A stretch of DNA of 64,000 nucleotides from Spirochaetota bacterium (lineage in GTDB: Bacteria > Spirochaetota > UBA12135 > COTS27 > CBDBHE01): assembly GCA_965205605.1 (NCBI GenBank), contig CBDBHE010000008.1, positions 40,695 through 104,694 of the forward strand, in the 5' to 3' direction. The stretch's first letter is position 1. Every line of letters begins with the position of its first letter. The notes under the pieces were generated by a model that was given only the letters and a program-made list of their open reading frames with translations, was not told where the DNA came from and did no database searches. Below, piece after piece: positions 49,493 to 59,098 of the stretch. The translations under genes were made by a program, and so were the position numbers.

Positions 49493-50218
49493 TTAAAAAA
49501 AATCTTTATTTAACTCTTTATTCTCTATAGGAAAATAAAGAGTTAGTTCAGCTCCTTTACAATGTTTGTTAAAATCATATTTATTTTTAGCTATAATATC
49601 TCCTCCATATTCTTTAATAATACTTTTACAAATAGAAAGACCCAGCCCTCTTCCTAAAGATATTTTTGTACTATAAAACTCACGAAATAATTGATCATTT
49701 TTTGCTTCTAAAAAACCTTTCCCATTATCACTAATCATAACAACCATTTGATGATTAATTTCTTTGACTAAAAGACAAACATTGACTTTTTCATCATGAT
49801 CTCTTTTAGCTTCTATAGAATTTTTAAAAAGATTATAAAAGATTCTTTCAATTTTAGCTAAATTTCCAGAAATGAATTTATTGTTCGCCTTCCAAATTAA
49901 TTTAAAAGAAATGTTTTTACAAAAAAAATCTTCTTTCATAATAGAAGAAAAGACTTCAAATAAATTGGTTTTTTGATCAATCTTTTTTTCAGAAACTTCA
50001 TCTTGATAAAGTATTTTTGAAGCATCTTTTGACAAATAAATAATTTTATTAAGGGCAATATCTAACTTTCTTAAATCTTGATTTCTTTTTTCTTTAAAAA
50101 TATTTTTAAGGTTTTCTATGTAATAAAGCATTGTTGTACAATAATTATTAATATCATGATTTACTTTGACAAAAGCATCAATAACATTTTTAGAATTTTT
50201 AATTTGCTTTGTGGTCAA
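49493..50218 (-). CDS. Histidine kinase-like protein (cytoplasmic; HisKA-like helix plus HATPase_c)
   Basis: 241 aa; H-box-like VNHDINN, N-box region and G-boxes DNGKGF / GRGLGLSICK; no TM or sensor domain, no adjacent response regulator. Confidence 0.6.
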   Translation of the reverse strand: MTTKQIKNSKNVIDAFVKVNHDINNYCTTMLYYIENLKNIFKEKRNQDLRKLDIALNKIIYLSKDASKILYQDEVSEKKIDQKTNLFEVFSSIMKEDFFCKNISFKLIWKANNKFISGNLAKIERIFYNLFKNSIEAKRDHDEKVNVCLLVKEINHQMVVMISDNGKGFLEAKNDQLFREFYSTKISLGRGLGLSICKSIIKEYGGDIIAKNKYDFNKHCKGAELTLYFPIENKELNKDFF

Positions 50219-50359
50219 TAGTTTGATTTTATTAAATTTTAAAATTATTTAATTTTGTTATCTCTTTTCATTATAAAAAATGGATATAAGACTTAAGAAA
50301 ATAATTATAGAAGAATTTTTTAAAAATTAAAATTTTTTTTAAAAAATTCTTATAGTTTC

Positions 50360-50732
50360 TTAGATTTTAGCTCTTTGTAAAATAACGTCAACAATCTTTT
50401 CATGAAGACCTAAAGGAGGTGTGATTTCATAAACAATATTGGGATACTTCAAAGCAGCTTGTTTAACTAACCTTGGGATATCTTCTTGAACATGCCTACC
50501 GAAACTTAACATATAAGGGTGTACTTTAATAAAATCTACTTTTGCTTTAGCACAAAGAGTAAAACTTTCTTGTATATTTGGGTAAGCTAATTCCATATGA
50601 GCACAAACAACAAAAATATCTTTACATTTTTTTTGCACCATTTTACCTAAAGAATCAAGCATTTTATTAGCTTTTTTTTTTTTAGAACCGTGGTCAACGA
50701 TTAATAAAGCTGTTTTTTTAAATTGATTCATC
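50360..50732 (-). CDS. cbiX: CbiX-like sirohydrochlorin chelatase (small form)
   Basis: ALLIVDHGSKKKKANKML N-terminal motif (catalytic His in DHGS). Start placed at internal Met because the upstream 36 codons look like translated AT-rich spacer. Confidence 0.55.
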
Positions 50733-51096
50733 AAAATAAATTTTATTAAAATTTTGATATTGATTTCATCATGATTGAAAAATATTTTTAATGATAAAAT
50801 AAAAAAAAAAAAATCAAAATAAAGCTGGTTTTTTTTCAAAAAGATTTAATTAGTTTCATTAAAACATTTTTTTATGATATTTTTTATTATTTTTTTTCAA
50901 ATCTTAAAAAAAGAAAAATTCCTTCTACCTTTATTTGCTTCACCTAATGATAAGAATGGCAAAAAAATACCTTAGATATCATCTTTAGAATCCAAATCTT
51001 TATCTTACAGACAATTATTTTTCTAAAAAATGAAAAATATTTTTTAAACTTATTTACCAAAGAGTAAACTTTTTTTTATATTATTTATAAAAAAAA

Positions 51097-53121
51097 TTAG
51101 TTTATTTTATCTATTAAATACTTTTGGACATCTTTTCTAGACTTTTTTAAAAGTTCGAAATCTCTTTCTAAAACACCTATTTTAAATTGTGGAATACCAG
51201 ATTGTTTTTGTCCTAAAAATTCTCCAGGTCCTCTAGTTTGTAAATCTATTTCTGCCAACTTAAAGCCATCTTGTATGTTACAAAAAGCATCCAATCTGAA
51301 ATAAGCTTTTTCTAATACATCATCTTGATGTATTAAATAACAAAAATTATCACTACGATTTCTTCCAATACGTCCCCGTAATTGATGCAATTGAGAAAGC
51401 CCAAAGCGTTGTGAAGATTCAATAATAAGTACCGTTGCATTTGGATAATGAATTCCTACTTCAATAACCGTAGTGGTGAAAAGTACTTTAACAATTCCTT
51501 TTTCAAATTCTTTTAAAGATCGCTCTCTATCTTCTAAATCACTTTTTCCATGAATCATCGCAATCGGAATTGATTTAAAAATATTTTTTTTAAAAAAATC
51601 AAATTCTTTTATAAGTGATTTATTTGTTTTTCCAACACCTCCCTCAATTGTTGGAAAAACAACATAGCCTTGCTCTCCTTTTTTAATTCGATCCATTAAA
51701 AACCGATAGGCATGCATACGATCCTTTTCCAGCAGTAACTTTGTCTGCTTTTTTTTATAATTTAAAGGAAGCTCTTTAATAGTGCTAAAATCTAAATCTC
51801 CAAAAAATGTCATACAAAGAGATCTTGGTATCGGAGTTGCTGACATTGTTAAACTATCTACAAAGGTTCCTTTTTTTTTGAGTTTTTCCCTTTGTTCAAC
51901 ACCAAATTTATGCTGTTCATCAATCACAACATATTTTAAATCTAAAAAAAAAACAGAATCTTGAATCAAAGAATGCGTTCCTATAACCATAAGGGCTTTT
52001 TTGTTTTTTATTTGATGTAAGACTTCTTTTTTTTCCTCTTCACTAATAGAATTTGTCAATAAACAAAAAACAATTTCCATAGACGTTAAATATTTTTTAA
52101 AAGTTTTATAATGCTGCCTAGCAAGCATATCCGTTGGTACCATTAAAACACACTGGTGATCGCTTTCGTAGCATAACAACATGGTTATCAAAGCAACCAA
52201 CGTTTTACCACTACCAACATCTCCTTGTAAAAGCCTATTCATCACTTTTTCTGTTTTCATATGTTCAGTAATTTCAGAGATGACTTTTTTTTGATCCGAT
52301 GTTAAATCAAAAGAAAGATTTTTTTGAAAAAATAAAATCAATTGAGAGTGTTTTAAATAACGATTTTTTTCTTTTCCTTTTTCACTATTAAGTTTTTTTT
52401 TATAAAGCTGATACTGAAAACCAAAGAATTCTTCATAAATTAATCGACTTCTAGATTCTTTTAAAGCTTGGTGAGAAGAAGGAAAATGCGTTGTTTTCAA
52501 ATCTTTTTTTTTGCTATCAAAATAACGATACTGTTTAATAATTTCTTTTGGAAGCTCGTAATGAAAACAAGTATCTGAAAAATTGTCAAACACACTTTTT
52601 ATCAAAGATCGAATATTTTTTTGACTCAACCCCTGCGTTGAAGAATAAATAGGAACAATACGCCCTAAGTGAATACTATTAAAACCCTCTTCATCAAAAA
52701 CTTCATAATCTAAAAGCGTTAACTCATACTTATAGTTTTTCCATTTAACTTTTCCTGATAAAATATAATGTTCATTTTCTTTAAAGTAACGAAAAAAAGG
52801 ATTAAAAGCTGTAAAAGCTAGCTTCTCTTTATTATCAGTAAAAACAAATTTCTTAATTTTTCTATTTTTAAAACGGAACTCATTTTTCTTAATACAAACA
52901 CAAATAATCGTTGCTACAAAATTTTCATCTTCTTTGCATTTTTGAGCAGAATCATGAATCGATAAAATAGAAGAACGATCTTCATAACGAATAGGAAAAT
53001 AAAAAAGTAAATCCTTAACAGTAAAAATATTTTTTTTGATATAAAGATTAGCTTTATAAGAAGTAATTCCTTTTAAAAAACTAATCTTTTGTAAAAGATT
53101 AGTTTTTGTATTTTCAAACAA
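51097..53121 (-). CDS. recG: ATP-dependent DNA helicase RecG
   Basis: Walker A LLQGDVGSGKTLVA, DEQHKFG motif, N-terminal wedge region; 674 aa. Confidence 0.9.
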   Translation of the reverse strand: MFENTKTNLLQKISFLKGITSYKANLYIKKNIFTVKDLLFYFPIRYEDRSSILSIHDSAQKCKEDENFVATIICVCIKKNEFRFKNRKIKKFVFTDNKEKLAFTAFNPFFRYFKENEHYILSGKVKWKNYKYELTLLDYEVFDEEGFNSIHLGRIVPIYSSTQGLSQKNIRSLIKSVFDNFSDTCFHYELPKEIIKQYRYFDSKKKDLKTTHFPSSHQALKESRSRLIYEEFFGFQYQLYKKKLNSEKGKEKNRYLKHSQLILFFQKNLSFDLTSDQKKVISEITEHMKTEKVMNRLLQGDVGSGKTLVALITMLLCYESDHQCVLMVPTDMLARQHYKTFKKYLTSMEIVFCLLTNSISEEEKKEVLHQIKNKKALMVIGTHSLIQDSVFFLDLKYVVIDEQHKFGVEQREKLKKKGTFVDSLTMSATPIPRSLCMTFFGDLDFSTIKELPLNYKKKQTKLLLEKDRMHAYRFLMDRIKKGEQGYVVFPTIEGGVGKTNKSLIKEFDFFKKNIFKSIPIAMIHGKSDLEDRERSLKEFEKGIVKVLFTTTVIEVGIHYPNATVLIIESSQRFGLSQLHQLRGRIGRNRSDNFCYLIHQDDVLEKAYFRLDAFCNIQDGFKLAEIDLQTRGPGEFLGQKQSGIPQFKIGVLERDFELLKKSRKDVQKYLIDKIN

Positions 53122-53902
53122 TTTGCTTTTTGAGAATTTTTTGAGTATTTCCGTTTAGTTCATTTTTAAAACAAATTTTTTCTAAAGCATAATCTATTAT
53201 TTTTTTATCACAAGCACTCAAAGTATTAAGAATCAAGTCATTGATTTCATAAGAGAAATTTTTAGAATACACAATTAGTAAACCATCAATACAGTCAACT
53301 AGCTTCAAGCCACCCACCAACCTAATTCCCTCTTTAACAAAGACTTCATCTTCTTCTTTCAAAATCAAATCCCATAAAGAATAAATAGATTTATCATTTT
53401 TTTTAAGTCTCAATACTTTTAAAATAGAAGTTTTTTCATTACGCATTTGAATTGCTTCATATTGCTTAATTAATAAATTTTCTGTTATTCTTTTCAAAGA
53501 ATACTCTTCCTTAGTAAAATTAATCTTAAAAAGATTTGGAATACAATAATAAGAAAATTTAATTTCTAAGATTCTATTTTCAAAAATTTCTTTAGTAATA
53601 ACAGGGTTTTGATTTTTTTTCTTTAATTGCTTAAAATGTTTTTTTATAAAATCTACTTTTTCAAAATCAAAATATTTTTGTCCTACATTGATTCGGTTTT
53701 TAATAAATTGATAAGCTCTAAGAAGCTTTTTAAATATTTCTTGATTTGAGTTTTTTTGATCGCTTGTATCAGGATGGTATTTAAAAAGAGCTTTTTTATA
53801 AGCTTTTTTTAAATTAGGCAATGTACAATCAAAGCCAACGCCTAATAAATCATAATATTCTTTAAACATCTTTATTTTTATTATACTCTTTATAATCGTC
53901 AA
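53114..53902 (-). CDS. J-domain (DnaJ-like) protein, otherwise uncharacterised
   Basis: N-terminal YYDLLGVGFDCTLPNLKKAYKKALFKYHPD with the HPD tripeptide; remainder unrecognised; 3' end overlaps recG by 8 nt. Confidence 0.55.
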   Translation of the reverse strand: MTIIKSIIKIKMFKEYYDLLGVGFDCTLPNLKKAYKKALFKYHPDTSDQKNSNQEIFKKLLRAYQFIKNRINVGQKYFDFEKVDFIKKHFKQLKKKNQNPVITKEIFENRILEIKFSYYCIPNLFKINFTKEEYSLKRITENLLIKQYEAIQMRNEKTSILKVLRLKKNDKSIYSLWDLILKEEDEVFVKEGIRLVGGLKLVDCIDGLLIVYSKNFSYEINDLILNTLSACDKKIIDYALEKICFKNELNGNTQKILKKQIV

Positions 53903-53968
53903 TAATTATTATTATTTTTAGCTTATTTAACAAAGATAAAATAGAATTTTAAAAAAAACTAAAAGGAA

Positions 53969-54541
53969 TTAGAAATTTTTTTTAGCAAGACCTAAAAGAG
54001 AAATTTCATCTATAGAAAGATTAAGTTTTTTTGCTATTTCTCTATTAGAGATATTTTTTTTTTTAAAATAAAAAAGTTTTTCTTCCAAAGTCATTTTGTG
54101 AAAAGACTCTTGTTCTTTTTCTTCTAAATAATTTTTTAAAGAAATTGATGAAGTTTTTAAATTTGAAACACCTCGATAAGCCTTTTGAACAGAAGAATCT
54201 TGAAGTTCTTTTTTATCTTTTTTTTGATCATTAAAAATAGATATTGTAGAATTATTTTGTTTATTTAATTTTTTATTAACAAATTCTCCCTTTAAAAAGT
54301 ATTCTTTTTTTTTTATATTTAATTTTTCTTCAATAATTTTTACTATTTTTTTATTTTCTTCAATTTTATCTTCTATTAAAGAAATATTTCTATCAGCATA
54401 CTTGTTAAAAGAAATAATCAAAAGGTCAAGTTCATTTTTAATATCTTGCGTAAGAATCTCTTTTTTAATTTTGTTTTTAAAAAAAAACAAAAAACCAAAA
54501 TTAACAATAAGTTGAAAAATAATTATTAAAAAATAAATCAT
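53969..54541 (-). CDS. Hypothetical membrane-anchored protein with C-terminal helix-turn-helix
   Basis: N-terminal TM helix (IYFLIIIFQLIVNFGFLFFF); C-terminal NREIAKKLNLSIDEISLLGLAKK resembles a sigma-70 region-4 / LuxR-type HTH. Confidence 0.45.
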   Translation of the reverse strand: MIYFLIIIFQLIVNFGFLFFFKNKIKKEILTQDIKNELDLLIISFNKYADRNISLIEDKIEENKKIVKIIEEKLNIKKKEYFLKGEFVNKKLNKQNNSTISIFNDQKKDKKELQDSSVQKAYRGVSNLKTSSISLKNYLEEKEQESFHKMTLEEKLFYFKKKNISNREIAKKLNLSIDEISLLGLAKKNF

Positions 54542-54858
54542 TAGTATTCTTTAATATCTAAAAAGTTTCCTTTATATTTTTCATCTCGCTTATCTTTTTC
54601 ATCTGTAGTTTTATCTTCTTCTTTTTTATTGTTACTTTTGGATTTTTTTTTTTCATCACTTAACTTAAGACTTCCTACAACATTTTTATCCACTTGAGTT
54701 TTATCAACTTCAACAATAATATTTTCTCTTTTTAATTCTATTTTTTGATCTTTAGCTATTTTTTCATCCCTTCTTTTAACTTTGTTTTGTAGTTCTCTTT
54801 TAGAAACACTGCTTGTTTGCTTTAATAAAAGTTGTAAATCAATAGGTCTAAGAGACAT
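54541..54858 (-). CDS. Hypothetical small, highly charged (Lys/Glu/Asp-rich) protein
   Basis: 105-aa ORF; stop overlaps the next ATG by 1 nt (TAATG), suggesting translational coupling. Confidence 0.4.
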   Translation of the reverse strand: MSLRPIDLQLLLKQTSSVSKRELQNKVKRRDEKIAKDQKIELKRENIIVEVDKTQVDKNVVGSLKLSDEKKKSKSNNKKEEDKTTDEKDKRDEKYKGNFLDIKEY

Positions 54859-54864
54859 TAAATA

Positions 54865-56856
54865 TCACCTTTTTCTTCTTCTTGATTTGATAGCTTCAAG
54901 CTTAACATATTCTGGATTTTCAATGTCTTGTATATATTTAGAAGCTCCTTGATCTCTTTTATTTTCTAAAATAGCTGTGTTACAAATCAAAGTAACCCCA
55001 ACCATCATTCTTGATAAAACAGTCACACTTCCCTCCTCTTCAGAATTTTCAATTGCCATTTTTATCTGTTCTAATTTTTCTTTATTTTGAACATGGTTTT
55101 CTTCTAAAGAATTAAGTTTATTTTGAAACTCTTTAAGTTTTAATTGTTTTTCTTCACCGTCTTCTTGCTGGTTTTCAAGATTTTTAATATCCAATTCGAA
55201 AGCTCTTTTTTGATCATCATATTGTTCAATTAATTTTGTGTATTTGTTAAAGCCAATCCTAATTTGAGGCAAAACTCCTACATAGACTTCTGTTTTTGCT
55301 CCAGCAACAGCTCCAAGAGAACGACAAAAAACTTCTTTTAAAGCTCTTATGACACCCCCTGTAATTCCTGCTTTTTTACCTTTTAAAAATAATGACTCAT
55401 CTGTATTAACTTCACAATTAATCACAGACTCTGCAACTAAAACTTCTTTTTTTGATCTTACATAGCAGTCTTGTAAATATTTAGCCCTCACAGATCCTGA
55501 TGTACTCACTAATTTTCCAGAAGACTTCCCATTAACCCCTAAAAAAATAGTAATATCCCCTACGGCTTCTATATAACAATTACCAACATTTTTTTTAATT
55601 TCAATGTTACCACCTGATTTAATATTATATCCATCTAAAACAGACCTATTAACAACCACCGAACTTAAACTAGTAATATGCCCTGTTTGAGGGCCTACAT
55701 CTCCTTGTACAACATAAACATCCTTAACATGAAATACTTTTCCTTTTTCAACCACATGACCTGTTACACTAGCCTTCAAATAACGACCATTTGAAGCAAC
55801 ATAAGTATTTTCTCCACTCTCTAATTGAAATTCTTTCCCTTCAACACAACTAACAATTTCACCATAAACACTCATGCCATCTTTTCCTTTTTGGGGCATA
55901 ATTTTTTCTAAAATAATCTGATCTTTGACAACACTAACAACCGTACTAACTTCTTTAAAATCAATATTTTCATCATCAGAAATATTACCAAAATCAATCT
56001 TATTTTTAAGCTTTAATTTATTAATTAATTGAGCCCCTTTCCCTGCAACCGGTTTTATTCCTTCTGCAACAAGTTGAGGAATATTATAGTTTTTCATTTT
56101 TAAAACAGATTCAATTTTCTTATCATCAAATCCATAAACAACATGCCTTTCATCAAACAAATTTTTTATATCTTCAAGATCGATTTCTCTTCCATCTAAT
56201 TTAGGGGGAATAATTCGAATAAAAGCTTGCATTCTATTACTTGAAACCTCTAAATAAACTTTCCCATCTTTTAGTGGATCAAACGACCAATCTCCTATTT
56301 TTTCTAATTTTCCTTTAGATTTTTTTAAAATTAGCTTAAGCATCCTAAGATCAGCATTTTCAATACCTTTTTGACTTAATTTTTGAAGCATCATGGCTTC
56401 TGTGACTTTTTTACCTTTGCCTTTAGGAGGGTGGACTGCTATATATTTCCCTTGTCTTGTAACAACGATTTCTATTTTTCCATTAAAATTTTTAGATTTT
56501 TTCTGCATATCAAAATCACTGAAATTTTCAGATCCCCACTCACTTCCAGAAAAATCTTCAGCTCCTTTAGAATGAAATATAAATTTAAAAGGTTTTGACT
56601 TCATTCCAAATAAACCCTTACTTCCTCTTTCAATGATCTCATAATCAAGACGACTAATATCAACTCCTAACTGTTTAGATGCTACCTCAGAAGCAGACTC
56701 AATACTATCAGCAACAACTTCCAATCTAGAAGACTGATCAATGCTGATGAGTTTATCTTTACCATATTTTGTTTCAAAAAGAGCTCTTAAATTATCAAAC
56801 TCTTTTAAATTAACTAAATTTAACTTATTTTGACTTAAATATTCTTTAAAATCCAA
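54865..56856 (-). CDS. FapA-like (DUF342) flagellar-assembly-associated protein
   Basis: 663 aa immediately downstream of fliA; C-terminal beta-solenoid-like G/V-rich repeats and long coiled-coil tail as in DUF342/FapA. Family assignment from memory. Confidence 0.5.
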   Translation of the reverse strand: MDFKEYLSQNKLNLVNLKEFDNLRALFETKYGKDKLISIDQSSRLEVVADSIESASEVASKQLGVDISRLDYEIIERGSKGLFGMKSKPFKFIFHSKGAEDFSGSEWGSENFSDFDMQKKSKNFNGKIEIVVTRQGKYIAVHPPKGKGKKVTEAMMLQKLSQKGIENADLRMLKLILKKSKGKLEKIGDWSFDPLKDGKVYLEVSSNRMQAFIRIIPPKLDGREIDLEDIKNLFDERHVVYGFDDKKIESVLKMKNYNIPQLVAEGIKPVAGKGAQLINKLKLKNKIDFGNISDDENIDFKEVSTVVSVVKDQIILEKIMPQKGKDGMSVYGEIVSCVEGKEFQLESGENTYVASNGRYLKASVTGHVVEKGKVFHVKDVYVVQGDVGPQTGHITSLSSVVVNRSVLDGYNIKSGGNIEIKKNVGNCYIEAVGDITIFLGVNGKSSGKLVSTSGSVRAKYLQDCYVRSKKEVLVAESVINCEVNTDESLFLKGKKAGITGGVIRALKEVFCRSLGAVAGAKTEVYVGVLPQIRIGFNKYTKLIEQYDDQKRAFELDIKNLENQQEDGEEKQLKLKEFQNKLNSLEENHVQNKEKLEQIKMAIENSEEEGSVTVLSRMMVGVTLICNTAILENKRDQGASKYIQDIENPEYVKLEAIKSRRRKR

Positions 56857-56869
56857 AAAAAATAAACCT

Positions 56870-57673
56870 CTATAACAATGATTTTTTAATATCTTCTAAA
56901 TAAACTCTTAAATGCCTAATTGCTTTTGTATGAAGTTGAGAAATCCTTGATTCAGTGACATCTAAAACAGCCCCAATTTCTTTTAAAGTTAAATCTTCAT
57001 AATAATATAAAATAAGGACCTTTTTTTCTCTTTCTGGTAATTTCTGAATTTCTTTTGCAATCGTTTTTTGAATCTCTGCTTTTTCAACAGTATTATAAGG
57101 ATTTAAAGAACTAGGCGATTTTATCGTATCTTTAATAGAAACCTCATCATCTTCTTTACCCAAATACCAAACATCATCAAGAGAGCCAATTGTTGAATCA
57201 TTTGCCATATTAGTAATTCGTTCAACTTCAGATAAACTAATTCCTGTTTTTTCAACTAGTTCTTCATTTGTTATTTTTTTATTATATTCTTCTTGATATT
57301 TCTTTCGAATTTCCTCCATGAGCTTAAATTTCTGTCTAACCGATCTTGGCACCCAATCTAAGTTTCTAAGTTCATCATAAATTTGCCCTCTAATACGAGT
57401 AATCCCATAAGTTTTAAATTTTGTTCCTTTGCTAGGATCATATTTTTCAATCGCATCTAAAAGTCCAAACGTGCCAAATCCTACCAAGTCTTCAAATTCT
57501 ATATTATCTGGAATATTAAAAGCAACTTTTCCAGCCACATATTTAACTAAAGGAGAGTATTTAATAACAAAAAAATGTCGATATTCTTCCTTACTAGTTT
57601 TACGATATTCTTTCCAAATTTCAATCTCCCCCTCTTCACTAATATTTAAATCTAATTTAATTTTAACACTCAT
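56870..57673 (-). CDS. fliA: Flagellar RNA polymerase sigma factor (sigma-28, FliA/WhiG)
   Basis: Region 2 YSPLVKYVAGKV, region 4 HTH LTLKEIGAVLDVTESRISQLHTKAIRHLR; 267 aa; downstream of flhF-flhG. Confidence 0.85.
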   Translation of the reverse strand: MSVKIKLDLNISEEGEIEIWKEYRKTSKEEYRHFFVIKYSPLVKYVAGKVAFNIPDNIEFEDLVGFGTFGLLDAIEKYDPSKGTKFKTYGITRIRGQIYDELRNLDWVPRSVRQKFKLMEEIRKKYQEEYNKKITNEELVEKTGISLSEVERITNMANDSTIGSLDDVWYLGKEDDEVSIKDTIKSPSSLNPYNTVEKAEIQKTIAKEIQKLPEREKKVLILYYYEDLTLKEIGAVLDVTESRISQLHTKAIRHLRVYLEDIKKSLL

Positions 57674-57689
57674 TTTCTATCCTTAATAT

Positions 57690-58178
57690 TTACTTATTCA
57701 TTACTCTTCTAACAGCTTTAGCCAAAGTAGTGTCTTCTTCTTTTTCTATTCTTTCCATCTCTTGATTCACTTTAGGTTTTATTTTAATTCCTTCTTTCAA
57801 TGAAGAATTAGTCGATTGAGATTTAGAAGAAAATCCTTGCTCTATACCTTCTAAGTTAAAATCTACTTGATTAGTCTTGCTTGTAGAAATATTATTTTCT
57901 AAATTATCTTCACTAATTGTAATATCAACTTCTTCACCTTTGTTTGGATCTTTACTCTCACTATCTTTTTGATGTGAAGAAAACATAGCATTATAAATTT
58001 CAGGAACATAACGTTCTAAAAAATACATGATTGCTATAAATAACCCTGTCCAGAGAAATCCAGTTATTAGTGGTTTTAAAATCAAGGCTAAAAAATTACT
58101 AAAAAATAATATCTGCAGTAAAAAAGAAAAACAAGAAAGAAAGCCTCCAACGTAAAAAGGGATTTTATTTTTAAACAT
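57690..58178 (-). CDS. Hypothetical membrane protein (two TM helices plus acidic soluble tail)
   Basis: 162-aa ORF between flhG and fliA; no recognised domain. Confidence 0.45.
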   Translation of the reverse strand: MFKNKIPFYVGGFLSCFSFLLQILFFSNFLALILKPLITGFLWTGLFIAIMYFLERYVPEIYNAMFSSHQKDSESKDPNKGEEVDITISEDNLENNISTSKTNQVDFNLEGIEQGFSSKSQSTNSSLKEGIKIKPKVNQEMERIEKEEDTTLAKAVRRVMNK

Positions 58179-58207
58179 TATTTAAATTTTTCAACTCCTT
58201 AAAATGA

Positions 58208-59098
58208 TTAAAAAGTACTAAATATCCTACTTAAAAAACTCTTCTTCTTTTGTTCTAAAAAAAAGTCATTATCTAATTTTTTTAAAAGATTGTCACTTAA
58301 ATCCTTAATTGAAACAGAGCATTTTGCTTCTTTATTAAAACAAACATATGGAATTCTTTTATAAAGAGCACGAGTAACGATTTCATCTTGAAAAACCATT
58401 CCCACATAATCAATAGAAACTTTCAAGTATTTAAGTGAAATATCTTTGATTTTTTTACTTACTTCCTGACCTTCTTTAATAGAATCAACCCGATTAACAA
58501 TTAAATTAATATTAGCAATATTTGATTTTAAAGATAACACCTTAATCATCCCATAAGCATCAGTAATAGCTGTTGGTTCAGGTGTTGTGACCACAAGTAC
58601 CATATTTGCTAACCTCAAAAAAGAAATAACATTATCAGATATCCCTGCACTCAAATCAATTATAATCAAATTATAATCTTTTAAATAGCTTAACTGTCCC
58701 ATTAAAAGCATTTTTTCTTCATTTGCTAAATTAGAAAGCTCATGGAATCCAGTCCCCCCAGAAATAATATCTAAATTATACTTTGTTTTACAGATGACTT
58801 CTTTTAAAGAACGTTCTCCTTTAAAAACATCATAAAGATTATATTTTGGTACAGCCCCTAAAAGAATATTGACATTTGAAAGACCAAGATCAGCATCAAA
58901 AACAAGTGTTTTTTTATGTCGAGAAAACAAAATTCCCAAATTAACTGCCAAACTTGTTTTTCCAACTCCTCCTTTTCCAGAAGCAATCGCAATGACTTTT
59001 TGATTGACTTGACGCTGATCAATAAGTTTTGAATATTCTGCTTTTCTTTTTTGCTCAACGATCTTTTTTAAAATAGCTGCTTGATTAATCATATCCAC
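58208..59098 (-). CDS. flhG: Flagellar number regulator FlhG (MinD/ParA-family ATPase)
   Basis: Deviant Walker A IAIASGKGGVGKTSLAVNLG; 296 aa; follows flhF. Confidence 0.8.
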   Translation of the reverse strand: MDMINQAAILKKIVEQKRKAEYSKLIDQRQVNQKVIAIASGKGGVGKTSLAVNLGILFSRHKKTLVFDADLGLSNVNILLGAVPKYNLYDVFKGERSLKEVICKTKYNLDIISGGTGFHELSNLANEEKMLLMGQLSYLKDYNLIIIDLSAGISDNVISFLRLANMVLVVTTPEPTAITDAYGMIKVLSLKSNIANINLIVNRVDSIKEGQEVSKKIKDISLKYLKVSIDYVGMVFQDEIVTRALYKRIPYVCFNKEAKCSVSIKDLSDNLLKKLDNDFFLEQKKKSFLSRIFSTF

